Below, piece by piece: positions 26,301-38,883 of a stretch of 64,000 nucleotides of DNA. Below the pieces are notes generated by a model. It was not told the DNA's origin, did no database searches, and was given only the letters and a program-made list of their open reading frames with translations. Origin of the DNA: Macrostomum hystrix (lineage: Eukaryota; Animalia; Platyhelminthes); contig CATNEN010000038.1 of assembly GCA_950097015.1 (NCBI GenBank), positions 32,550,001-32,614,000 on the forward strand, read 5' to 3'. Position 1 is the first letter of the stretch. The number at the start of each line of letters is the position of its first letter. Both the position numbers and the translations under genes were made by a program.

Positions 26301-29300
26301 GAGAGTAGAGTAGGAGTGAGAGTAGAGTAGGAGTGAAAGTAGAGTAGGAGTGAGAGTAGAGTAGGAGTGAAAGTAGAGTAGGAGTGAAAGTAGAGTAGTA
26401 GTGAGAGTAGAGTAGGACTGAAAGTAGAGTAAGATTGAGAGTAGAGTAAGATTAAGAATAGATTAAGATTGAGAGTAGAGTAGGAGTGAAAGCAGAGTAA
26501 GATTGAGAGTAGAGTAGGAGTGAGAGTAGAGTAGGAGTGAAAGTAGAGTAAGAGTAGAGTAGGAGTGAGAGTAGAGTAAGATTAAGAGCAGAGTAAGAGT
26601 GAAAGTAGAGTAAGATTAAGAGCAGAGTGAGATGCCGAGTGAAATTAGAGAAGAGGTTGGAGGCTCTGAGAAGTGAACTCTGAATACGGAGAGCATAAAA
26701 GTTGAAATTGGGTCACAATATCACTGAATCGAAGCTGTTGCAGAGAAATTGCAGTCAATTCGCTAAATAAAGAAATCATTTTCCAGCATTTTGACCCTGT
26801 GGGTTAGGGTTGAAAGGCACGTTGAAATCAGCCTGGCTATCTGTACTACCATTGCGTAATCAGTTGGCTTCACAAAAAGGCAACTTTGATTTAAGTTTTC
26901 CCCAAGCCTATGCATTGTCTATATTGTTCCTGCGAGTTCGAGAACACTTTGACACATGTGCGCCCAATTGATTGCGCAAATTTTCGGTTAGCTAATTTTT
27001 CGGAGAAAACAATCATCTCTTTTGTGGCCAGGGCTTGAATGCTAAAAAATGCCTACGCAATCGTTAAAATTCAGAAAATTATTTTTAACGTGCTCATTTA
27101 GATACTAACAGAATAGATTGTGTTATAGGAAAGGAAAAAACTTTATATGTATAGAAACATGCGCCACTCTGCTTTTCAAATAGAAAGTCTAAGCGATTGG
27201 GATAATTTTGTGATTCGAAAATATTTCAGTGCGATATGAGAGATTAGGAAAAATTAGGATGGTATGAGAGAGATTAGAAATTACTGGGATGGACAGACTG
27301 GAGAATATTGGGATGGGATTAGAGAGACTGGGGAATATTGGGATGGGATTAGAGAGGCTGGGTAATATTGGGATGTGATTAGAGAGACTGGGGAATATTG
27401 GGATTGGATTAGAGAGACTGGGGAATATTGGGATAGGATTAGAGAGACTGGGGAATATTGGGATGGGATTAGAGAGACTGGGGAATATTGGGATGGGATT
27501 AGAGAGACTGGGGAATATTGGGATGTGATTAGAGAGACTGGGGAATATTGGGATGGGATTAGAGAGACTGGGGAATATTGGGATAGGATTAGAGAGACTG
27601 GGGAATATTGGGATGGGATTAGAGAGACTGGGGAATATTGGGATAGGATTAGAGAGACTGGGGAATATTGGGATAGGATTAGAGAGACTGGGGAATATTG
27701 GGATGGGATTAGAGAGACTGGGGAATATTGGGATGGGATTAGAGAGACTGGGGAATTTTGGGATGGGATTAGAGAGACTGGGGAATATTGGGATGGGATT
27801 AGAGAGACTGGGGAATTTTGGGATGGGATTAGAGAGACTGGGGAATATTGGGATAGGATTAGAGAGACTGGGGAATATTGGGATGGGATTAGAGAGACTG
27901 GGGAATATTGGGATGGGATTAGAGAGACTGGGGAATTTTGGGATGGGATTAGAGAGACTGGGGAATATTGGGATGGGATTAGAGAGACTGGGGAATATTG
28001 GGATGGGATTAGAGAGACTGGGGAATAATGTGATGGGATTAGAGAGACTGGGGAATATTGGGATGGGATGACAGAGACTGGCGAATAATGTGATGGGAGA
28101 AAGTATTGAAGATAACAGATATTTTAGAGACGCACATTATCGGTAATCATCAGATAAAGTCGCTTGTAGAGAAAGCTTGTTGCTTTGCTTGTTGAAGGTT
28201 CTGCCTGAAAGGTCTGAAGTTTTAATCTAGGCCCAAGAGAAACAGTTTGTGTAGAATTTTGTGCAGGCAGAGAACCGGCAATATTTCCTAGATTAATTCT
28301 CACCTGCACATCTCTAGGCACGGCATGGACAGCCGGCAGACCAACAGCTTCAATAGGTAGTTTAACTTTCTTTGATTGCTTGGCTTTGTTTTGCGGCGCG
28401 GCCAGCAGCTCGTGCTCAGCAGATTGAGTCTTGTGAGCACTGCCCAAATGCCTGAGCATGTTGCCGTTGGTTGTGAAAGCGGCAGGGCAGAGCGGACACG
28501 CGTAGGGCCGTTCGTCTGGAAGTTTTTTTAATTTTTACTTTTTTAGGATTTGCTACATATCCTACTTGCACTACTTGCTAGACGTGTTATAAGTAGTCTC
28601 GAACGATTTTTTAAATATTTTAAGTCTCACCTGAATGCGTCAGCATGTGTCTGTCAAGCGAGGAGGCGGAGCTGAGACATTTGCCGCAAACAGCGCAACA
28701 GCCCGAGGTGTTGTGACTGCGCAGGTGCTCGGTTAGTGCTCGACGACTTGGCAGAAGGCGCGGCTGTGAGTTCTGGCTGCTGCTGCCAATGTCGCCAGCT
28801 ACTGGGCACAATGGACAGGGAAATCCGGACCTTCCGTCGGCCAGATGCAGCAATTGAATCTGGATTGCGGAATTAATTAGCGAATCATTTATCTTCAGTT
28901 GGAAAATTACCCTTCTATTAAAAAATTATCTCGTATATCTTTGAAAATTTTCGCCTCTAGTTGTGAAATCCCCCCCCCGAGTTCATAATTTATCCTCCTA
29001 GTCAAAAAGCATAGGCCCCCATCGATCGATATGCATAAGTCTGATGGTAACATTGTATTAGTTACAATTACGTGATTGTGTATTTAAAAATTCAATCTGG
29101 TTTTTAGGCAATGAAGCACAGTAGCTTAGAACTCTACTTATAAAGTATTTTTAATCTCAATCAGGCTAACAAAATTTTACAAAACCTAGACCCCTGTAGC
29201 TTCTGTACCTCTTCTGTACTCATTAAAATCGGTGACACTAAAGAATTGCCTCAGATGATAGATAAGTATGAGATAGGCCGAGCTAAATTTTAATTCCAGT

Positions 29301-32300
29301 GTGTAGTTTTTATCACATATTTTCACGCAGGCTGTTATCATTTTATTTACTAATTCGCACACGTGCACCCGACATTACCTTTGTAGAGCTTTGACCACGC
29401 TTTGAGTCTTGCTTGTCAGCGGTTGCGGCGGCGGCAGAAGCCACAGCAGCAGCAGCAGCAGCTGAGGTGCCGATAAGGGTGGCACCAGCAATGCCAGCCG
29501 TGAAGATTCCACTTTGCGTGCCATCGGTCAACTCTGAAGAAGAGATTTCAGACAGAGAGAGAAAAAATGATTAGCGCCTTATTGAATATGTTCTATGAAG
29601 TGTGTTTATCCTTAGATAGTGGAGCTGTATGCTCGCTATCTTGTTTGGGAGTTGAGCAAACACTAACTTCTCTGGAACCCCAGCTATATACTATCTCCTG
29701 CATATAATCTATCAGTGCCAGACTTTTGCAACAACTGATGGTATTGTTCTCAAGAGAGGCCGCCGTGTATAAGCCTTCCTGTGCGTCTTCTTGTCTTATC
29801 TTTGCACGTGTGTGTGTGTGTGTGTGTGTGTCAAATTCTCAAGCTAAAGTTTGCAGTTAACATTCAAGAAAGATGACTTTGATATAGACCTCTTCGTTCA
29901 GTCGTCACTGAGTTTCTAAATCCTGGAGAGTGAGTGGCAGAGCGGTAAACGCGTTTGCCTCTCGCACCGAGGTCCCTGAGCTCGATTCCGCGGTGAGGCC
30001 ATTTGGGGCGCAGCCACGGAGAGAAGGCTTGGTGGCTTGCCGTACAATTTACGCCCTAGAGGGCCAACCTCCAAGGCACAAAGATGAGAAAGTCAGGGCA
30101 GATGTAGACACCTGAATGAGCATGTGTGCTCAAGGGTCAGCGAAATGGGTCTAGTGTCACCAAATCTCGTATCGAATTTATTCGATGCAAAACTCCGGGA
30201 TCTAGAAGCAGGCTCCATCTGTTTCCATGAGTAGGCTAAAACAGCGGGCTCAAACGGTCTTTGTCAAGTCTTTGTCAGTTGGACACACTCGACTATACCG
30301 CGTGGGTATATTTGTTTTAGAATAAATTAAAATTCTAATCTATGGGCCCAGCTCTATGTAGATGAGGAATAGAGGCTGAGAAATTGGCAACGGAAGCGCG
30401 TGACTGTGAATCGCTTGATTCTTTTTATTATCAACTTCCGTTCAATCGGCATCGATAGACTAAGCAGTTACAGAGAGTTAACTTAATCTGATTGTTTGCA
30501 CACAAGCACACACGCACACACTTTCGACAATCTTGAAGTTGCTTAATAACTTTTACAGCGGAACTAAAAATTCCTTGTGTCTCAAATAGTGTCTTGCCTG
30601 CACAACCGGATATTGAAGGAGACTGCTTGACAAATCATACATGCAATCAATGCACAACTTTCTTTGTTTAATTTAGTCTATCAGAACAGTGGAGCTTCAA
30701 TCTTTCTTAATCTATATCCTTCCCATCCAGAAACTTCCCTATCCAGAAACTTCCCTATCCAGAAACTTCCCTATCCAGAAACTTCCCTATCCAGAAACTT
30801 CCCAATCTAGAAACTTCCCTATCTAGAAACTTCCCAATCTAGAAACTTCCCAATCTATATTCTTCCCAATCTGGAAACTTCCCAATTTATATCCTTTTAA
30901 TCTAGAAACTTCCCTATCCAGAAACTTCCCAATCTAGACACTTTCCAATCTATATCCTTACCTATCTATATTCTTCACAATCTATATCCTTCCCAATCTA
31001 GAAACTTCCCTATCTAGAAACTTCCCAATCTAGAAACTTCCCAATCTAGAAACTTCCCAATCTAGAAACTTCTCAATCTTGAAACTTCTCAATCTATATC
31101 CTTATCAATCTAGATATCCTTCCCAATCTATAAACTTCCCAATCTATATCCCTCCCAATCTAGAAACTTTCCAATCTATATCCCTCCCAATCTATAAACT
31201 TCCCAATCTATATCCCTCCCAATCTAGAAACTTTCCAATCTAGAAACTTCCCAATCTAGAAACTTCCAAACCTATATTCTTCCCAATCTAGAAACTTCCC
31301 AATCTAGAAACTTCCCAATCTAGAAACTTCCCAATCTAGAAACTTCCCAATCTAGAAACTTCCCAATCTAGAAACTTCCCAATCTAGAAACTTCCCAATC
31401 TAGAAACTTCCCAATCTAGAAACTTCCCAATCTAGAAACTTCCCAATCTAGAAACTTCCCAATCTAGAAACTTCCCAATCTAGAAACTTCCCAATCTAGA
31501 AACTTCCCAATCTAGAAACTTCCCAATCTAGAAACTTCCCAATCTAGAAACTTCCCAATCTAGAAACTTCCCAATCTAGAAACTTCCCAATCTAGAAACT
31601 TCCCAATCTAGAAACTTCCCAATCTAGAAACTTCCCAATCTAGAAACTTCCCAATCTAGAAACTTCCCAATCTAGAAACTTCCCAATCTAGAAACTTCCC
31701 AATCTAGAAACTTCCCAATCTAGAAACTTCCCAATCTAGAAACTTCCCAATCTAGAAACTTCCCAATCTAGAAACTTCCCAATCTAGAAACTTCCCAATC
31801 TAGAAACTTCCCAATCTAGAAACTTCCCAATCTAGAAACTTCCCAATCTAGAAACTTCCCAATCTAGAAACTTCCCAATCTAGAAACTTCCCAATCTAGA
31901 AACTTCCCAATCTAGAAACTTCCCAATCTAGAAACTTCCCAATCTAGAAACTTCCCAATCTAGAAACTTCCCAATCTAGAAACTTCCCAATCTAGAAACT
32001 TCCCAATCTAGAAACTTCCCAATCTAGAAACTTCCCAATCTAGAAACTTCCCAATCTAGAAACTTCCCAATCTAGAAACTTCCCAATCTAGAAACTTCCC
32101 AATCTAGAAACTTCCCAATCTAGAAACTTCCCAATCTATATTCTTCCCAGTCTAGAAACTTTCTAAATAAAAATTAGTTTCAAATCCGATTATTCCGAAA
32201 ATGCCACATAGCAGTTTTCTGATCTCAAACTGTGACGTTAAAATTGTGAAAACAATGGGGCAGATTTGGTAGCCCGCAGATTCTCAACCTATTACCGGAG

Positions 32301-34037
32301 TGTAGCAAAGCCAACGAATTGGCAAACTATATACTTTATACACAGATGAAGAGAGGTTACCAGGTGAACCAAACCGAGCGTATCGCATTCATATTAGTTG
32401 CAGCTCAGACTCCAGAACACAAATTTGGATACATAGTCATCTCGCAGTGCATGGCTAAAATGTGTATTGCCTTGTTTCTGGGCCTCAAATAACGCAGAAG
32501 CCTCAGCTATGCATAACATATGCTAGCATGTACATTTATGTATTATATAGCTAATCTACACTTTCAACGTTACAAATAATCGGAGCCTGCGAAACCAGGT
32601 TTATGCATGCGAGCTATGACTGAGATGAGTTTTTGCATTCAGTTCAGTCCGAAATTCAGTTCGGAAATAACTGCATGTTGTACAATTATAAAACATTTAA
32701 AACATTTTAAGCCTCGGCTTAGCTTGACAGTGATAAAAATTAGGCGTCATTTATTTCCTTGAGGTGCCTATCAGCTCACCCACCCTACAGTGCCTCATGC
32801 CCATGACCCTTCAGTGCCTCATGCCCATGACCCTTCAGTGCCTCATGCCCATGACCCTTCAGTGCCTCATGTCCATGACCCTTCAGTCCCATATACCCAT
32901 GACCCTTCAGTGCCTCATGCCCATGACCCTTCAGTGCCTCATGTCCATGACCCTTCAGTCCCATATACCCATGACCCTTCAGTGCCTCATGTCCATGATC
33001 CTTTAGTGCCTCGTGCCCGTGACCCTTCAGTGCCTCATGTCCATGATCCTTCAGTGCCTCATGCCCATGATCCTTCAGTGCCTCATGTCCATGATCCTTC
33101 AGTGCCTCATGCCCATGACCCTTCAGTGCCTCATGCCCATGACCCTTCAGTGCCTCATGCCCATGACCCTTCAGTGCCTCATGCCCATGACCCTTCAGTG
33201 CCTCATGTCCATGACCCTTCAGTCCCATATACCCATGACCCTTCAGTGCCTCATGTCCATGATCCTTTAGTGCCTCGTGCCCGTGACCCTTCAGTGCCTC
33301 ATGTCCATGATCCTTCAGTGCCTCATGCCCATGATCCTTCAGTGCCTCATGTCCATGATCCTTCAGTGCCTCATGCCCATGATCCTTCAGTGCCTCATGC
33401 CCATGATCCTTCAGTGCCTCATGCCCATGATCCTTCAGTGCCTCATGCCCATGATCCTTCAGTGCCTCATGCCCATGATCCTTCAGTGCCTCATGCCCAT
33501 GATCCTTCAGTGCCTCATGCCCATGATCCTTCAGTGCCTCATGCCCATGATCCTTCAGTGCCTCATGCCCATGATCCTTCAGTGCCTCATGCCCATGATC
33601 CTTCAGTGCCTCATGCCCATGATCCTTCAGTGCCTCATGCCCATGATCCTTCAGTGCCTTATGTCCATGACCCTTCAGTGCCTCATGTCCATGACCCTTC
33701 AGTGCCTCATGTCCATGACCCTTCAGTCCCATATACCCATGACCCTTCAGTGCCTCATGTCCATGATCCTTTAGTGCCTCGTGCCCATGACCCTTCAGTG
33801 CCTCATGTCCATGACCCTTCAGTGCCTCATTTCCATGATCCTTCAGTGCCTCATGTCCATGATCCTTCAGTGCCTCATGCCCCAGAATATGTGCCTCAGC
33901 CGCAACTGCAGATCTTAACAAGGCGCTCATGAAAAGATAAATTTCTGCAACTCACCTGAACTTTTGCTCGGCCTGAGCTGCTTCCTCCTTCTTTTAATTT
34001 GCAGCAGCTGCTGCTCTTCGTTGAAAGGCGCTTCCAT
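23373..34037 (-). CDS. RREB1: RREB1/hindsight(pebbled)-like C2H2 zinc-finger transcription factor, 5 exons, ~900 aa
   Basis: Exons 34037-33956, 29533-29379, 28859-28631, 28515-28304 and 25391-23373 are phase-consistent GT-AG. Diagnostic fingers [45 protein letters not shown] and FPWMSSLKRHIITHT..FSTKSNRERH match RREB1/hnt fingers as I recall them. A PLDLS CtBP motif lies at 24335-24321. The first two exons are less certain than the finger exons. Confidence 0.85.
25990..26630. repeat. ~17-bp minisatellite (AGAGTAGGAGTGAGAGT), RREB1 intron 4
   Basis: Direct reading. Confidence 0.92.
27295..28098. repeat. 30-bp minisatellite (GATTAGAGAGACTGGGGAATATTGGGATGG), RREB1 intron 4
   Basis: About 26 units. 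Confidence 0.96.
29927..30166 (+). mobile_element. tRNA-derived SINE family 1, copy with head
   Basis: A-box TGGCAGAGCGG (29935) and B-box-like GCTCGATTCC (29980). The body shares GGGCCAACCTCCAAGGC and TCTAGTGTCACCAAAT with the copies at 10.8 and 14.9 kb. Confidence 0.7.
30712..32160. repeat. 16-bp satellite (GAAACTTCCCAATCTA), RREB1 intron 1
   Basis: Degenerate left part, then about 50 perfect units (31285-32135). Confidence 0.97.
32783..33882. repeat. 24-bp minisatellite (CTTCAGTGCCTCATGCCCATGAYC), RREB1 intron 1
   Basis: About 45 units. Confidence 0.96.
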
Positions 34038-34421
34038 CGTGATTTTTTATTTAATTGCAACTACAGTATCAGCGATGAGGGGTCACAAACATGCTGAGCA
34101 TCAGTTTTATACTCATTGACGGCCTCGCTCAGATTCACCCCGGCCAATGGCGGATCGATTTAAGTTGCTCAGGGGTTCTTGGTGGGTTGGGTCTGGCACT
34201 AGCGGGGTAAACAGGTTAGAAAAATAATTCTTATCAGGTGTTTACTAATGTTAAAGTGAACTCGGATTGGATTTCCTTGGCCTCAACAGCTTAGAGCAGA
34301 AACTGTGCCACCACCTACTAAAAGTAGACTATTTAGCTCAGGATATCAAAATACGAGGAATAGCATTATTGAAAAAAAGAAAAAAACGACAAAAAACTCG
34401 TTACAGAACAAAAAAGATTTG

Positions 34422-34504
34422 GTCAGTCAGTCAGTCAGTTAGTTAGTTAGTTATTTAGCTAGCTAGTTAGTTAGTTAGTTAGTTAATTAGTTAGTTAGTG
34501 AGTG

Positions 34505-34543
<39 letters not shown>

Positions 34544-34616
34544 GAGTGAGTGAGTTAGTTAGTTAGTTAGTTAGTTAGTGAGTGAGTTAGTTAGTTAGTT
34601 AGTTAGTGAGTGAGTG

Positions 34617-34647
<31 letters not shown>

Positions 34648-34652
34648 GAGTG

Positions 34653-34699
<47 letters not shown>

Positions 34700-34708
34700 G
34701 AGTGAGTG

Positions 34709-34745
<37 letters not shown>

Positions 34746-34760
34746 TTGAGTGAGTGAGTG

Positions 34761-34803
<43 letters not shown>

Positions 34804-34925
34804 GAGTGAGTGAGTTAGTTAGTTAGTTAGTTAGTTAGTTTGTTAGTTAGTGAGTGAGTGAGTTAGTTAGTTAGTTAGTTAGTTAGTTATTGAGTGAGTG
34901 AGTGAGTTAGTTAGTTAGTTAATTG
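34422..34925. repeat. (TTAG)n/(TGAG)n microsatellite between the divergent RREB1 and GPCR genes
   Basis: Direct reading. Confidence 0.95.
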
Positions 34926-35488
34926 GCTAGTACTTTTAGGCGTGCACTTATGTGCAGGACCGACTGCATAAGAAGCAGCAGATTGAACAATGGGTCGTAA
35001 ATTTTGCAGGACCATTTAGTCTGGTAACTATGGTAAGCAAATAAAAGGTAACTAACTAAAAAAGCAGCTATTTAAGATTCTGAGCAGTCTCAATGCAGAC
35101 TATTAGAATATTTTTAAGAACTGGCACAGTAGTAGAAGCGTTAACTACGAGTATAATGATTGACTTATGAAAGAGTCATTTAGCAACCTCCTACTCAATG
35201 TTTCCATGGTTACAATGTCAAATGCCCTTTTGCAGTCTCGTACTATACAATAGGCTTTCTGAATGAGAACACTTGTGCTCAATGTTTGCCAATTAAAAAT
35301 TCCAGTGGAGAAGCTTCCCAGATTCGGCAGTTTTCTTTTCTTTAGCAATGTCGCATCGAGATTGGTTCGGCATTGTTGATTTTTTTCGGTTTGCAAGTTT
35401 GTGCAAACTTCTATTCGCAGACTATAAGGATAATATAAAGCTTAGTCCATTGTACAAAGAATTTTCATATGACAGAAGCGTACTAAGT

Positions 35489-37646
35489 ATGGCCAACGAC
35501 TCTATAACCGTCGCCGCAACTGGCGGCTTCCTGGACTCGCTGACAGACCTGCTGCGCGACTGCGGCACAAATGACACCTCACTGGAGCCATTCTGTCTGG
35601 CCTCCACAATACTAGGCGCATTGGACGCATTCGCCGCTCCTCTAATCTGCTTGTTTGGCCTGATTGGGAACGCGCTAATAGTGCACATCTTCCTGCGCAT
35701 TCTGAAGCCGACAAATCGTCAGAGTGTCTACCTGGCAGTCATTGCCGTGGCTGACAGTGCCAACTTGGCGGTGTGGGGCCTCGGCTGGCAGTTCCCGGCC
35801 AAGGGCCTGCCCTGGCTCAGCCGGGGTCGGGTTGGCCACTTCGCCATGAACACGAGCGACGCGGCTTGTCGTTGTTTTCGTTGGGCGCACAACTTTGCAC
35901 ATTGTCTAGCGGCCAATCTGTTCCTTGCTATGGCGGCCGATCGGGTAATGGCGCTGCAGTTTCCATTCCGGTTTCGCTGTCTCGGAGCTCCTATGGCCTG
36001 GCGATGCAGCGCTGGTGTCTTCTTAGCTTCGCTGCTGATCTGTGCGCCGTTCCCGGTGCTGTACGGCTGGTATGAGGCGCCGGAGACTGGCAAAATCGCC
36101 TGCCTGCCACTGCCGAATTACGGACCCCGGCTGCAGACCTGGATGACGGTGCATGCGGCACTCATTAGCCAGCCGCCTATGCTGCAGGTAAAAGTTAAAA
36201 ATCAAACGGACGTATAATGGATATTAAAGGACCAGGCGAACCAACAAAAGTCATACTCATCAAGGGACCAGGGAAACCTGCAAGCGTCGGTCTGAAGGAC
36301 CATGGAAACCTACAGACGTCGTTCTGAAGGACCATGGAAACCTACAGACGTCGATCTGAAGGACCATGGAAACCTACAGACGTCGTTCTGAAGGACCATG
36401 GAAACCTACAGACGTCGATCTGAAGGACCATGGAAACCTACAGACGTCGATCTGAAGGACCATGGAAACCTACAGACGTCGTTCTGAAGGACCATGGAAA
36501 CCTACAGACGTCGATCTGAAGGACCATGGAAACCTACAGACGTCGTTCTGAAGGACCATGGAAACCTACAGACGTCGATCTGAAGGACCATGGAAACCTA
36601 CAGACGTCGATCTGAAGGACCATGGAAACCTACAGACGTCGTTCTGAAGGACCATGGAAACCTACAGACGTCATTCTGAAGGACCATGGAAACCTACAGA
36701 CGTCGTTCTGAAGGACCATGGAAACCTACAGACGTCGATCTGAAGGACCATGGAAACTTACAGACGTCGTTCTGAAGGACCATGGAAACCTATAGACGTC
36801 GATCTGAAGTACCATGGAAAGCTACAGACGTCGTTCTGAAGGACCAGATGGGAAATATATTTTGTTTTTATCGATTGTGAAAACTGGCATCTTGACCATG
36901 ACAATGGTGAACATGGGAAAACAATGGTAATTGGCAATGCTAATGGGCTCGTATTTAAGAACCTTGGAAGCAGACTTTGTTCCAACCTTAATAGAAGACA
37001 ACGAAGCACGGAAACAAATTTTAAACTGTACCCACAGGTTTTAATCCTGCTAGCTCTGAACACTATTCTACTCCGGAGAGTAATTTCAATTTTTCGGGAG
37101 CGCCGGAGCCTACAATCGTCGTCGGCATCTTCTTCAACCTCGGTAGGCAGCAGACGACCTGCGGGCACATCGCAAAAGGAAGTGCGCCAAACTCTGACGG
37201 TCCTGATGCTCTCTCTGGTGTTTTTTGTCTGCGCACTGCCAGTGTGTATTTCAGCCTTCTATGTTTTGTACATCGTCCTGTTCGCCAGCTCTGGCAATGA
37301 TCGTCTACTGCGTATGCTGTTCAACATTGGCGACATCGGCCAGGTGGCACTGCTGCTGAGCCAAGCCACGAACTGGCTTGTTCTGCTGTGGAAGAATCCA
37401 GCATATCGGCGGGCAATGATGCGCATTGTATCAAGCTGCTGCCATTTAGGCGATGGATCTGCAGGCCTTGTTAACGTTTCGGTAACATCCGCGCAGCGTT
37501 ATTCAAATGTTGGACTGTCAGAAAATGGAGCATCATCTGCTGCGGACGTGGCAGTTGGAAGCGATGGCGACATGATTGAGCTGAGTGATCTGCAGCAGCA
37601 GCAGCAGCAGCAGAAGCAGCAGCAGGGAATGGGAACTGCATGTTAG
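35489..37646 (+). CDS. Rhodopsin-family (peptide-receptor-like) GPCR, 2 exons
   Basis: Exons 35489-36187 and 37038-37646 (phase 0, GT-AG). Seven hydrophobic segments with GLIGN (TM1), LAVIAVAD (TM2), C..ADR (TM3), W (TM4), FVCALP (TM6) and ATNW..NPAYR (TM7/helix 8). N-glycosylation sequons NDS and NDT are present at the N-terminus. Confidence 0.88.
36255..36845. repeat. 32-bp minisatellite (CTGAAGGACCATGGAAACCTACAGACGTCGWT), GPCR intron
   Basis: About 17 contiguous units with no spacers. Confidence 0.96.
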
Positions 37647-38883
37647 CTTCAGCTGCCATGTGACTAGAACTTTATAACGAAAATCTACTCTTAATTCAGT
37701 ATGTGCATCAGACAAGGCACAAGCTTGAATTGAGAAAATGCTATGAAATACAACTTTAACCAAGTGTACAATCAGAAGCACAATTCGCTGCTCTCTCCTG
37801 CACTCTTTGCAGTGCAGTGTAGAAGCGAAGCAATGCAGAATAATAAGTTTCTAGTTAGTGTCAATGACACAAATGGCACTTTTCCTGGGCTAAAAAATCG
37901 TATCCCTGGCCTGCAGCATTACTCAATTGGATTCAACAGCCGCGCGTGCTCCGCATCCGGCTGGCCTTCCATGGTCTTCTCTCTACATCTCCGTTCTTAC
38001 GAACTTATTTTGGGTAAGATAACAAATAGTATATTCTGTACTAGTATTCAATCGTTATATTTTTTAATACGTTCAGTTCTTTTATATACACGGAAGGGCA
38101 CATGATAGCGACTAAAACTAAAATTTTAGTCGCTAAAAATGATGTATTCGATGTGATTGAATCTAAATGTTATTTATTCATTCCATGGCTGACTGTCGAT
38201 TGAAATTGCTGCCAATGCCAAATTAGTTTTAGTTTTCGTCTTTAAGAACCTCGAAAACGCTAGTTTAGACACGATATCCGCAGGATCAAGACAGCTTTGC
38301 AAAATGATTGCTTCGCTGATCTATACGCTTTATAAGCGTTTACGTTCCTGAGTTCTGTCAGATACATTTAACTTTGTGCTTTGTCTTGTACTCTCCAAGG
38401 ACTACTAGACTAGAAGTGATTTCTTCCAGTTGTACTTGGTACCCTCATTGTATTGTATGTAGCTTGTAGCAGCAGGATATGGTAATTTATTCCTGGAAAT
38501 TAGTCAAACAGAATTAAAGACAAACTTGTTTATTTTTCATGGCTTCTGAACCGAATTTCAGTTGTGCTATGAACTCAAGATTGAGTCACAAAGTCGTAAA
38601 TATTTGAAACAAAACAGTTGGAAGCAACTTAAACTTGCGAAAAAATGTAATATATAACTTCAAAACTAAAATATGGCACAATAATCTATGTGACTGGCAT
38701 TAGTTTTATTTTTTTGTTTGCGCTGCGTTTTAATACTGACAGTGTTTACGTTGCGAGCGGAAGAATTTTAACTACAGGGCGTAAACGTTAAGTAAAAAAA
38801 TTGTTAATACGATACGACAGAAAAGGACCTACCTGCACCCAGAATTGTTGTTGCACTTGTATTCTGCGTAACTTTTAGTTAAA

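Noticed and set aside
34422-34925. Interstitial telomere
   Set aside because: The unit is TTAG/TGAG, not TTAGGG or TTAGG.
36290-36845. CRISPR-like 32-bp repeat with internal palindromes (CCATGG, GACGTC)
   Set aside because: The units are contiguous with no unique spacers, there are no cas genes, and the array lies in a eukaryotic intron.
36290-36845. Hammerhead-ribozyme-like order CTGA..GAAAC..GTC in the same unit
   Set aside because: The core reads CUGAAGG rather than CUGANGA, stem II is not formed properly and stem I does not pair. An Infernal scan would be needed to overturn this.
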